DNA of 64,000 bases, taken from assembly GCF_018350175.1 (NCBI RefSeq), contig NC_058368.1, positions 87,732,001 through 87,796,000 of the forward strand, read 5' to 3'. The notes beneath the pieces were generated by a model. It was not told the DNA's origin and did not search any database. It was given only the letters and a program-made list of their open reading frames with translations. This document shows positions 1 through 11,420 of the stretch, piece by piece; the stretch's first letter is position 1; every line of letters begins with the position of its first letter. Made by a program: the position numbers and the translations under genes. Source of the DNA: Felis catus. Its lineage: Eukaryota.

Positions 1-272
1 AACAATTACTGAAATGCTTATATTTATATATATGAATAAAATGGACTATTTATAAATATTTTGTAGCTATATAAATATAAGTAAATAAGAAATGGTATAA
101 AATGTGTATATTTCTATAAACATATAAATACAAATAATAATAAATAATAAATAAAAAGTCGAGGCCAAGTCGAGAAGGGGGTTCAGAGAAGCCTGACCAG
201 AGTCTGGTCCAGGAGAGAGCATTTGTCAGAGGGAGGAAGGCCCAGTGCTCCATGCAGCCAGCCCCTGACCAG

Positions 273-553
273 CCCAGTGGGCTCCTCGTGGAAGGTCATG
301 TCCACTTCCATAACCCAGTGGGCTCCTCCTAGAAGTTCGTGTCCACTTCCCGACCCAGTGGGCTCCTCCTGGAAGATCATGTCCACCTCTCCAACCCAGT
401 GGGCTCCTCCCGGAAGGTCGTGTTCATTCTCCAACCCAGTGGGCTCCTCTTGGAAGGTCGTGTCCACTTCCCAACCCAGTGGGCTCCTCCTGTAAGGTCG
501 GGTCCACCTCCCCAGCACAGTGGGTTCCTCCTGGAAGTTCGGGTCCACCTCCA
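273..553. repeat. ~40-41 bp minisatellite, ~7 copies (unit CCCAGTGGGCTCCTCCTGGAAGGTCRTGTCCACYTCYCCAA)
   Basis: Units start at about 273, 314, 354, 395, 435, 475 and 516. Confidence 0.9.
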
Positions 554-1559
554 TGTGGGATAGACGAGGCCCTGCATGTGGAAGGGTTGGATGTGAGCTC
601 TGCATACACATGCAGTTAGAGCCAAGATGTGTACCCTGCCTCCTTGTCCCACACTGCTTCCCGGGAAGACACACCTTCCCATGCCACATTTTACCTGTCA
701 ACAGGAAGCAAGGTGAGGCAGTCAGTTCCTTGGGCCACGTTTATTCTCCTACTTATGGAAAGAGTGTTTTTTAGGCTTGACACAGATTTGCATCATAAGG
801 TCAAAGCCAGGCCCAGAGCCTGGAAATGTTTGTTTCAAGGATGACCCCAGAAATGCAGCAAGGAAGGTAACACTGGGAGAGGAGGAAGACTGTTTTCCCT
901 GTAAATATGACTAACCAGAGACACAACAGGAGAAAAACAAACAGAAACTGATTAGCATGTGCATGATGCATACACGTGGGGGACTTGCAGGACTGCTTGG
1001 AACTTGGGTCTAAAAACTCACTTAAGACAGGAAAGTGGGAGTAGGTAGGGAGCTTATGGAAAAGCAAATGTCTTTTTGGAAAGATGAATGAGCCCTCAGG
1101 AAATAGACCAGAGATGTGCCCGTTTGGGACCAAGTTCATCTGGGACTGAGGCTGGCTTCCCTCCTCCAAGAAGAGATTAGGATTGTTCTTGGGGCATATT
1201 TAGGACCCCTGAAGTTTCTTTTTTTCAGGCGGCCCTGCCTTAGGCTGATGTAGGATTTCAGGATCTCAAAGGCCTTAAACTGAAAATAATTATGTCGCAG
1301 TCCCATATTTTAGGGTGGCATGCCCCATCTCATCTCCAAGAAGCATACAAGTCTTATTCCAGCTGTGATATGATTCAAAACCACACCTCCAGTAATAGAG
1401 AAAATTAGCAATTTTGTCCTGAAAGAGTGAATGTAACAGTGTCTATAAGATATACAGAGGCTTTTACTAACTGAAAGAAATCTGAAGAGGACTTTTGCTT
1501 TTACTAAAAAGGTGAAAAGCAAAGATAGGATTCAGCATTTGATTGCAGCAATCTGTCCA

Positions 1560-2898
1560 GAGGCAGCGCACAGCAGACCAGTGAGAGTGGCGCCACCCAG
1601 CTCCTTCCCCGGGAACCACACTTAGCATCTCAGCATCCAGCCGCCAGAAATTTGAACTATCTATGAGCATCTGTGCTTTATCTTGATTTATATTGTGCAT
1701 CTGTTAGCAAGGGGTCAACATGGTGGAGAAGTAGGGGGATCTATACTTCCCACATCTGTCAAACAAAGAAGTTCAGAAGCCAAAGGACTTTGAAAACCAG
1801 AGCCTGGGAGGAAAAAAGACAGAATCTACTAGGAAGAAAATGGGAAAGCTGGAAAAAAGATACGACTACTCCAAGGAACAAATCAAAGCACACCTGGTGG
1901 AGGGTCCAAAATATCACTATGAGTAGGGTAATAAAATAATCAAAGTCACAACAATAGACAGCATGTAACAATCTCCAAAAAAACACCTCCTGAAGGGCCA
2001 GGACCTGGACAGTGTATGACCCTCCTTTAATATAGAAGTGCTTGCAGGTGCAGAGCAGACAAAAAGCTTTTAAAATGTATAAGGGACAGAAAATGAGACA
2101 AAATGATGAAATGGAAGAATGTTCCTCAAAAGAAATTCCAGGAAGTAGTGACAGCTAATATATTGATCAAAACCTTTTAAGCAATATAACCGAACAAGAA
2201 TTCAGAGTAATAGTCATAAAATTAATCGCTTGGCTTGAAAAAAGCATAGAGGACAGCAGAGAATCAATTGCTACAGAGATTAAGGGACTAAAAAATAGTC
2301 ATGATAAATTAAAAAATGCTATAAATGAGGTGCAAAATAAAATAGAGGTAGCCACAGCATGGATTGAAGAGGCAGAGGAGAGAATAGGTGAATTAGAATA
2401 TAAAATTATGGAAAAAGAGGAAGCTGAGAAAAAGAGAGATAAAAAAATCCAGGATTATGAGGGGGAGAATTAGAGAACTAAGTGATGCAATCAAGCAGAA
2501 CAATATCCCTGTCATAGGAATTCCAGAAGAAAAGAGAGAGAAAGGGGCTGAAGGTGTACTTGAACATATCATAGCTGAGTACTTCCCAGATCTGGGGAAG
2601 GAAACAGGCATTGAAATCCAAGAGGCATAGAGAACTCCCTTCAGATGTAACTTGAATCAATCCTCTGCATGATATATCATAGGGAAACTGGAAAAATACA
2701 AGGATAAAGAGAAAATTCTGAAAGCAGCTAGGGATAAACGGGCCTTAACATACAAAGGTAGACACATAAGGGTGGTAGCAGACCTATCTACTGAAACTTG
2801 GCAGACCAGAAAGGAATGGCAGGAAATCTTCAATGTGATGAACAGGAAAAATATGCAGCCAAGAAATATCCAGCAAGTCTGTCATTCAGAATAGAAGG
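1560..2898 (+). mobile_element. LINE-1 5'UTR and 5' part of ORF1 (degenerate)
   Basis: A-rich coiled-coil ORF1-type coding (IIGIPEE, ENFPDLGKE, KEKILKAAR-like motifs) at about 2100-2898; start boundary approximate. Confidence 0.85.
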
Positions 2899-2934
2899 GA
2901 GAAGTGTCTATTCATGTTTTCTGCCCATTTCTGC

Positions 2935-5657
2935 CCATATTTTATGATTCTTGGAGCAATTGTGAACAGGATCAGTTTCTTTGTTTGTCTTTCTGTTGCT
3001 TCATTATTGGTGTATAAACATGCAGCTGATTTCTGTACATTCATTTTGTACCCTGCGACTTTGCTGAATTCATGTATCAGTTCTAGCAGACTTTTGGTGG
3101 AGTCTGCTGGGTTTTCCATGTACAGTATCATGTCATCTGCAAAAAGTGAAAGCTTGACTTCATCTTTGCCAATTTTGATGCCTTTGATTTCCTTTTGTTG
3201 TCTGATTGCTGATGCTAGAACTTCCAACACTATGTTAAACAACAGCAGTGAGAGTGGATATCCCTGTCATGTTCCTGATCTCAGGGAGAAACCTCTCAGT
3301 TTTTCCCCATTGAGGATGATATTAGCTGTGGGCTTTTCATAAATGGCTTTTATGATGTTTAAGTATGTTCCTTCTATCCCAACCTTCTTGAGGGTTTTTA
3401 TTAAGAAATGATGCTGAATTTTGTCAAATGCTTTTTCTGCATTGATTGATAGGATCATATGGTTCTTTTCTTTTGTTTTATTAATGTGATGTATCACATT
3501 GATTGATTTGCGAATGTTGAACCAGCCCTGCAGCCCAGGAATGAATCCAACTTAATCATGATGAATAATTCTTTTTGCATACTGTTAAACTCGATTTGCT
3601 AGTATCTTGTTGAGAATTTTTGCATCCATATTCATCAGGGATATTGGCCTGTAGTTCTGTTTTTTTGCTGGATCTCTGTCTGGTTTGGGAATCAAAGTAA
3701 TGCTGGCTTCATAGAATGAGTCTGGAAGATTTCCTTCCCTTTCTATTTTTTGGAACAGCTTGAGAAGGATAGGTATTATCTCTGCTTTAAATGTCTGGTA
3801 GAGGGGCGCCTGGGTGGTGCAGTCGGTTAAGCGTCCGACTTCAGCCAGGTCACAATCTCGCAGTCAGTGAGTTCGAGCCCCGCATCAGGCCCTGGGCTGA
3901 TGGCTCAGAGCCTGGAGCCTGTTTCCGATTCTGTGTCTCCCTCTCTCTCTGCCCCTCCCCTGTTCATGCTCTGTCTCTCTCTGTCCCAAAAATAAATAAA
4001 AACGTTAAAAAAAATTTTTTTTTTGAAAAAAATAAATAAATAAATAAATGTCTGGTAGAATTCCCCCATGGAAGCCCTCTAGTCCCAGACTCTTATTTGT
4101 TGGGAGATTTTTGATAACTGATTCAATTTTTTTGCTGATTATGGGTCTGTTCAAATTTTCTATTTCTTCCTGTTTGAGTTTTGGAAGTGTGTGGGTGCTT
4201 AGGAATTTGTCCATTTCTTCCAGGTTGTCCAGTTTGTTGCCATATAATTCTTCATAGTATTCCCTGATAATTGCTTGTATCTCTGAGGGATTGGTTGTGA
4301 TAATTCCATTTTCATTCGTGATTTTATCTATTTGGATCATCTCCTTTTCTTTTTGAGAAGCCTGGCTAGAGGTTTATCAATTTTGTTTATTTTTTCAAAA
4401 AACCGACTCTTGGTTTCATTGATCTCCTCTACAGTTTTTTTTTTTTTTAGATTCTATATTGTTTATTTTTGCTCTGATCTTTATTATTTCTCTTCTTCTG
4501 CTGGGTTTGGTGTGTCTTTGCTGCTCTGCTTCTATTTCCTTTAGGTGTGCTGTTAGATTTTGTATTTGGGATTTTTCTTCTTTCTTGAGATAGGCCTGCA
4601 TTGCAATGTATTCTCCTCTCAGGACTGCCTTCGCTGCTTCCCAAAGCATTTGGATTGTTGTATTTTCATTTTCATTTGTTTCCATATATTTTTTAATTTC
4701 TTCTCTAATTGCCTGGTTGACCCATTAATTCTTTAGTAGGGTGTTCTTTAACCTCCATGCTTTTGGAGGTTTTCCAGACTTTTTCCTGTGGTTGATTTCA
4801 AGCTTCATAGCATTGTTGTCTGAAAGTGTGCATGGTATGATCTCAACTCTTTTTTACTTATGAAGGGCTGTTTTGTGACCCAGTATATGATCTACCTTGA
4901 CGAATGTTCCATGTGTACTTGAGAAGAAAGTATATTCTGTTGCTTTGGGATGCAGAGTTCTAAATATATCTGTCAAGTCCATCTGGTCCAATGTATCATG
5001 CAGGGCCCTTGTTTCTTTATTGATCCTGTGTCTAGATGATCTATCCATTGTTGTAAGTGGAGTATTAAAGTCCCCTGAAATTACCACATTCTTATCAATA
5101 AGGTTTCTTATGTTTGTGATTGTTTTATATTTTGGGGGGCTACCGTATTTGGTACATAGACATTTATGTTAGCTCTTCCTGATGGATAGACCCTGTAATT
5201 GTTATGTAATGCCCTTCTTCATCTCTTGTTACAGCCTTTAATTAAAGTCTAGTTTGTCTGATATAAGTATGGCTACTCCAGGTTTCTTTTGACTTCCAGT
5301 GGCATGATACATAGTTCTCCATGCCCTCACTTTCGATCTGAAGGTGTTCTCATGTCTAAAATGAGTCTCTTGTAGACAGCAAATAGATGGGTCTTGTATT
5401 TTATCCATTGTGATACCCTATGTCTTTTGGTTGGAGCATTTAGTCCATTTACATTCAGTGTTATTATTGAAAGATATGGGTTTAGAGTCATTGTGATATC
5501 TGTAGGTTTCATGCTTGTAATGGTGTCTCTGGTACTTTATGTTCCTTGCAACATTTCACTTACAGAGTCCCCCTTAAAATCCTTTGTAGGGCTGCTTTAG
5601 TGATAATGAATTCCTTCAGTTTTTATTTGGGAAAACCTTTATCTCTCCTTCTATTCT
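2935..5657 (-). mobile_element. LINE-1 end of ORF1 plus ORF2 endonuclease/RT region, inverted relative to 1560-2898, frameshifted
   Basis: ORF track: [39 protein letters not shown] (RT motif). Confidence 0.95.
3803..4044 (+). mobile_element. CAN-SINE (SINEC_Fc-like) inserted in L1
   Basis: GGGGCGCCTGGGTGG head, (CT)n, A tail; TSD AAATGTCTGGTAGA on both sides. Confidence 0.95.
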
Positions 5658-5893
5658 TTTTTTTTAATATGAAATTTAGTGTCAAATTGGTTTCCATACA
5701 ACACCCAGTGCTCATCCCAACAGGTGCCCTCCTCAATGCCATCACCAACCTTCCCCTCCCTCACACCCCCCATCAACTCTCAGTGCATTCTCAGTTTTTT
5801 AGAGTCTCTTATGGTTTGGCTCCATCCCTAATTTTTTTTTTTCCTTCTCCTCCCCAATGGTCTTCTGTTAAGTTTCTCAGGAGCCACATAAGA
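5658..5893 (-). mobile_element. LINE-1 3' end with poly(A), a separate younger element
   Basis: T-run followed by AATATGAAATTT...CATACAACACCCAGTGCTCATCCC, typical carnivore L1 3'UTR reverse complement. Confidence 0.85.
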
Positions 5894-5944
5894 GTTCAGA
5901 AGTGAAGTGATGACTTTTGTTATGTGAATTTCACTCCAATTAAA

Positions 5945-5972
5945 ACACACACATACGCACACATGCACACGT

Positions 5973-6017
<45 letters not shown>
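5945..6017. repeat. (CA)n microsatellite
   Basis: Direct inspection. Confidence 0.95.
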
Positions 6018-6018
<1 letters not shown>

Positions 6019-7451
6019 TGGCAATCCCTTACTCCAGAGTTCAACTTGGGAACATTTACAGGATGGCCAATTGGCCATAAGTCCTTCCATCCATGTAGAT
6101 GCCTTCAGGCTTCAAGTTCAGACACATCCAGGTTTTCCACATGCTGTGACTGGGTGTCTGTGTCCCCCATGCGGCACTTTTCTGCATTTTGCACTAGCAG
6201 GACCTCTCACGTTCAGCAATGTTCTGGACTGTGTCTGCTGCCCTGAGCCTTTCCAACCAACCCCTCCTCTTGGGATTCCTGCCCACCAAGTAGAGGGACT
6301 GGAGATGCTCCAATTGTCCCACCGCCTCTGCCTGTCTACAGAGCATTCCTCCCCAGACTCACTAGGGCATGAGCCTGTAAGAAGCCACCATCCTCTGGGA
6401 TTCTGTGCACATATGTGGCAGGGGCTTCTGATATCCTGCATCCAGACCACGTACCTTCCCAGAGATTCTGGTCTCTGTCAAAATCTCCCATGGGTACTCA
6501 ACTCCATTTCTGGTAGACAAGAGTCTGTGGTCCCATGACCCTAGAGTGTAAGGTGGTTGGAGGATCCAGTGGGATCACTGATGATAAGAAATCCACAGTG
6601 CTGCCCAGAACTCAGTGATACACTCCCCAGGGACAAGCAGGTTCAGTTGATACATGTCGCCCACCAGGTTCTGCTGCTTTGACGGGTCATATAACATCTC
6701 TAAGCTCCAATAGCCTCTTCTGAAATGCTTGGAAGTGTCACTCCACGGTGCCACTGGAAAGCATAACTATTTGCAACTGTTCTGGGAGCAGTGAACTACA
6801 ATTCACAGGGAAGGCAGTATCATTACACTGTCAGGAGGAACATAAGCAGATTGCCAAACCAGGACCAGTGGCAGCCAGGTGAAAAAAACAAAACAAAACA
6901 AAACAAACAACACACAGATAAAAAATTAAGCAACTTTCACAAGGAAAAAAAAAAGTCAGTCAAAACCAATCTGTTCAGGGCAGTCCACTGCCTGCAGGTG
7001 AAACACACACAGGTCAGCACAAACTTTTCAGAAAGCTTGGGGTCCAGGTACCTGCCTGCAGGGTGCAGAAGGGGTAAGAGCAGCCAGGACATAAGAAGCC
7101 CAGGAGGCCAGAGAGAGGAGGCAGTGTAACAAGGCCCCAGAACTATTTGGGTTTGTTTTTTTTTTTTTCAAACCTGCTTTTCTTGCAGGCTGCCAGGTTG
7201 ACCTGTTGACCTAGGTTTCTTTGCTAACTCAGCTAACAGGCACCTCTAGACTTCTCCACTTTTGTCCTGGTTCAAAACAGGCCAATACGGGACCCACGTG
7301 ACTGGGAGATTCTGGAAGAGCTCAGACCCTGTCTGAGGGGAGGGGGGGGGGTGCGGGGGGACCAGAAGTCAGCAGTACAGAGGAAGGCACCTGCAGTTTC
7401 TGCTTCCTGCTAAAATCAGTTGTGGCCTTTGGGGACTGAAAACCATCCTGC

Positions 7452-7712
7452 AGTGGCACCTGGGTGGCCCCCTCAGTTGGACCTCCGACTTGGGCTCAGG
7501 TCATGATCTCGAGGATGGTGGCTTCCAGCCCCGCATTGGTCTCTGGGTCTCTGTGATGACAGCTCAGAGCCTGGAGCCTGCTTCAGACTCTGTGTCTCCC
7601 TCTCTCCCTGCCCCCCTACCCCCACTCATTCTCTCTGTCTCTCTCTCTGTCTCTCTCTCTCTCTCTCTCAAAAATAAACATTAAAAAAGTTAGTTAAAAA
7701 AATTAAATAAAA
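7452..7712 (+). mobile_element. CAN-SINE
   Basis: GGCACCTGGGTGG head, CAGGTCATGATCTC, (CT)n, AATAAA tail. Confidence 0.9.
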
Positions 7713-8354
7713 AAAACCAAAAACCACTACCTTGGAAGCTCACACATTTTACGTCCTTACCTTTCTCTGCCTCCCCCCATCCAGGGCCGGCTGGGCCAGA
7801 CTCCGGGAGGCTAGATTAAGGCTCACCTCTGGAGTCCTCTGCGCCAGACTGTTTCAGGCCATGGGCACTTGGAAGAACCTAAGTAGGGTCTTAGCTGCGG
7901 AGGAGCCGAGAGTACAACACTAGATGGGAAAAAGGGGGTGAGCGGCGGGGGAGGGGTGGGGGAAGGGGGAAGTTTTCCTCAACCCTCTTAGAAGTCCCTG
8001 GCCGCGTCTGAAAATGAAACCGACAGAGGCAGTGTCACAGGAGAAAAGCCTACGACCTCATTCAATAGAAGCTTTAAGGGAGACAGACAACCTTCCTAGG
8101 AGACAGACCGGAGTATTGAAGGCTAGGCTCAAGAAGAGTGCGCAGCCCTGGAGAAACAGGATTAAAAGCCTGGGGTTAGCGTTGCACCCAGGCGAGGAGC
8201 TCAGCAAGGCCTGCCTTGGGGTTCCCCGTATTCGGAGATAAGGCGTTAAGGGCCTGGGCCATTACCAGCCTGTGTGCCAACCTTGGCTGTAGGACTTCAG
8301 CCGCACAAAGACAAGGAAGGACAAGGACAGACGAGACGGGAAGAGACAGCAGTA

Positions 8355-8523
8355 GGTCTTCTGGCTGTGATCGGTTTTGCAGCAGCACGGCCTGGACGAT
8401 GGTCGCGCCGCCCAGCAGCTTGTGCAGCTGGGGATCATAGCGGGTGGCCAGTTGCAGGCTGATTGGATGATGCGCGCCCTCTTGCCTGCGTGCACCTCGC
8501 AGCCCTGCAAGTCTTGGTTACAT
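8355..8523 (-). pseudogene. Decayed histone H2A relic with internal deletions
   Basis: Minus strand reads KRARII..LQLATRYDPQLHKLLGGATIVQ/AVLL versus H2[32 protein letters not shown]...AVLL; ATG at 8523, TATAAA at 8553-8558. Confidence 0.8.
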
Positions 8524-8552
8524 GCCTCCCAGTCAGTCGCCGGCCAGAGAGC

Positions 8553-8706
8553 TTTATATTCCGGGAGCGCCGCCACCACTGGATGCTGTATTCATCAATG
8601 GGGTGTGGGGACTTGCGTCCCTGGATTCTCATTGGCTGCTGTGCGACGCCATGTCCTGCGCTTTGTCCAATCAGACGAGATCTGGAAAGTCGCTTCATTT
8701 GCATAC
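8553..8706. promoter_or_regulatory. Relic H2A/H2B-type bidirectional histone promoter
   Basis: TATA (-) 8553-8558, CCAAT boxes at 8631 and 8667, octamer ATTTGCAT 8697-8704; GTCCAATCAGA-N16-GCTTCATTTG spacing identical to 47638-47674. Confidence 0.7.
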
Positions 8707-8937
8707 AGCCCGGGAGTGCGGTCCTAGCTGAGCTCCTAGCTGGGCTAAAGCGCTCTGAAGGCGCGTGCTTTGGAGACGCCTGAGGCTCTCCGGCCTCCCG
8801 GTCGCCCCTGCGGGCGTGTCTGGCATAGGAATGGGCCTTTTGGCTCGGGCACACTCCTCAGGCCCCCGTTCACGCTCCGGTTTCCTCCGAAGTTGCTGAC
8901 CCCGGCTGGCAGGCGGGGTGCGCGGTGACCCCGCAAG

Positions 8938-9045
8938 CCCGCGGCAAGAGGAGGCCTGCAGCGAGCACAGAAACAAGGAGCACTAGAGCGGCTGGGCTGG
9001 ACTTCCCAGAGTGTCGCCTACATCCTGGTCGCCATGGCACCGGCC
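8938..9045 (+). pseudogene. Decayed H2A N-terminal relic
   Basis: ARGKRRPAASTETRSTRAAGLDFPECRLH versus [30 protein letters not shown]. Confidence 0.5.
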
Positions 9046-9934
9046 AGGCGCTGCGCCCCAGCTGTGCGCTCTCCTCCACCGGGGTACGAGGGCCCGCTCG
9101 GTCACAGGAGGCGAAGAGGTGGCGCTTCGGAGCCTCGCAGTCAGAATAAAATTCCTCAAGGTAAGGAAAGAAAGGAGGCTGCGCGCAAGAGCGACCGGGA
9201 GAGGTTGCCTGTGCAAAAGGAGACCCCATCCTTGGTCACCGAATGAGGTCAGTGGTGGTTTTGCTGTGGGATTGAGACCGTTTACAAGATGATTGTTCTG
9301 CCCAGAAGGAGACATGAGTTTGTATCCGTGGCCCACGTGTTGCGTTTTCTGTTGCTTTTTATGTAAATTTGCCCACTCGTTGGAGCAAAACCGACCTGAA
9401 GAAACAAGACTGTGGAGATGGTTGTCGTGTCCTTTGAAAGTTTCATTCTGACTGGTTGACCTACTTGACCATTTGTTGTGCTGATGATGTTTTAACTGAC
9501 ATTTTTTTCCTTTCTAAGTGGTTTCATACTTACTTGGCTCACTAGCACATCGCTTCGCGGAGGAATGTTTAATAAAACCTCAGAGTCCAAAAGATTATCT
9601 TCAAAAGGGGGGTCGGGGTGGATTTCAGTGTATTTGTCTCATTTAAATTAGGTCTTCAGGGACGCCCGGGTGGCTCAGTCCTCTTCAGCTCAGGTCACCA
9701 ACTCACAGTTCATGGGTGTGAGCCCCACATCAGGCTCTGCTATTACTGCACAGCCCAATGCAAACCTCTGCACCTCCCCCACTCACACTCTCGCTCTCAA
9801 AATAAATTTTTAAGAAATATTTAATAAATCATGACTCCAGAGTAAGATTCCTGTTAGGAAATGAATGAAACACCTCAACTTTGATAAGCCATCTGACTGA
9901 GGGGACTCCCGAGCGCCTGGCAGCTACTTTACTG

Positions 9935-10135
9935 CTTTTTTATTTCAACGTATTTATTTTGAGAGCATGCTCCAGAGCGGGGGAGGGGCAGAGAGAAAAG
10001 CAGAGAGAATCCCAAGCAGGCTCACTACTGTCCTGGAGGAGCCAGAGGCAGGGCTCGAGCTCACAAACCTCAAGATGGTGACCTGAGCTGAAATCAGGAG
10101 TCAGATGCTTAACCGACTAAGCCACTAAGGCATCC
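9935..10135 (-). mobile_element. CAN-SINE (another degenerate + copy at about 9658-9810)
   Basis: Reverse-complement SINE body and tail. Confidence 0.8.
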
Positions 10136-10934
10136 CTTTACTGCTTTCTTCTGCCCAAACAAATGTCACTTTCTGACGAGTTCCAGCTGTTACCCAGTTT
10201 GTGGTCTTTTGTGCCCTTCCAGGAACTAGCCTTCCCTGAGAAGATGCTGGGCATGCACTGTGCCAGGTCTTTGGATGCTCTGGGGACAGCGGCTCTGGTA
10301 GACCAGGGAGGCCCAGGGCAGGGGGCTTCTGGAAGCAGCTGCCGCTGGGGACCGCTGCCTGGCTTGGAGTCTTTTCAAGACAGGAAAGAAGGAAAAAGAA
10401 GACATTCCAAAGAGGATGGGCAGAGGAAGGTCCCCAGAAATCTGCATGGTGTGTGGTGGGCCAGAGACCCGTGGAGTCTGTAGGTCTGGACCAGTATACA
10501 TGCACATTAGAGTCGATGTTCTCTGTTCATTTACTGCAGCCCCCAACACCTTCCAGGATGTGCACAGCTGTCATATTCCAAAAGCTTCTCAGGATTTTCC
10601 CCCCCAAACACGCACAGGCACCCACACACTTGATGAAGAGCCAGTTACAGAAATCCGAGTGACTTACGCCACCCTGGAACTGACTTCCTTCCCAGGCGTG
10701 AAGTCCTGTGTTAGGTAGGGACCCCCAGTGTCTGCTGGGTCACCTTGGTGCCTTTTCTTCTGCTTTGCTGTCACTTCCTTTATCTTCATTGCCCTCCCCA
10801 AAGGCACCTACTCAGACAGATACCACTCACCAGTTTTTGGAGTGTCCTGCAACCTTGAATTGTTTGGCATGCACACATTTTAAGTTTCAGTAAAAAGTCC
10901 GTCCTGTTGTTTTGTGTTTTTTTTAGTTTTATCT

Positions 10935-11122
10935 TTTTAATATCTTATATTTGAGAGACTGAGTGCAAGCAGGGGAAGGGCAGAGAGACAGAGGCAGAAT
11001 CTGAAGTAGGCTCCAGGCTCCAAGCTGTCAGCACAGAGCCCAATGCTGTGCTCGAACTCCTGAGCAGTGAGACCATGACCTGAGCCATTGTTGGAATGGA
11101 CTGAGCCACCCAAGTGCCCCAA
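10935..11122 (-). mobile_element. CAN-SINE
   Basis: Reverse-complement SINE (CTGAGCCACCCAAGTGCCCC). Confidence 0.85.
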
Positions 11123-11170
11123 ATAGTGCCATCTTATACTTCTTTATTTTTGTGACTCAGCATGGTGCCC

Positions 11171-11420
11171 TTAGACAGTCCAAGTTCCCCGGTGTCTAGT
11201 TCCTGTGTCCCCAGGGCTGCGGCCTACTCCGTGGCCTCCATCCCCCATTTGACTTCCCACCTCCCCCTTGTGGGGCACTGGAGTCTGCCCTGCCCACCCC
11301 TTCCCCCATGACAACAGAGCCTTGAATGCTGGCATGTGCATCACCCTGTGGGCCTGGGGAGGACATCTTTGCAATAGGACATTTGTAAGCAGGGTTGCTG
11401 GGTCCAGGGTCACTACACCC
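11171..11420 (-). pseudogene. Decayed PRY-SPRY (B30.2) exon relic, same strand as RNF187
   Basis: VTLDPAT...HKGEV...MGD...GVGR...GTWTV versus B30.2 consensus VTLDPdTA...HYWEV.VGD...GVCR...GFW; AG acceptor just upstream. Confidence 0.65.

Noticed and set aside
273..553. CRISPR-like regular repeat
   Set aside because: Tandem units with no unique spacers, mammalian context and no cas genes
183..701. 172-aa ORF with WEVD and HWVGEV motifs resembling SPRY or a butyrophilin
   Set aside because: Translation of a 40-bp minisatellite; no other B30.2 motifs
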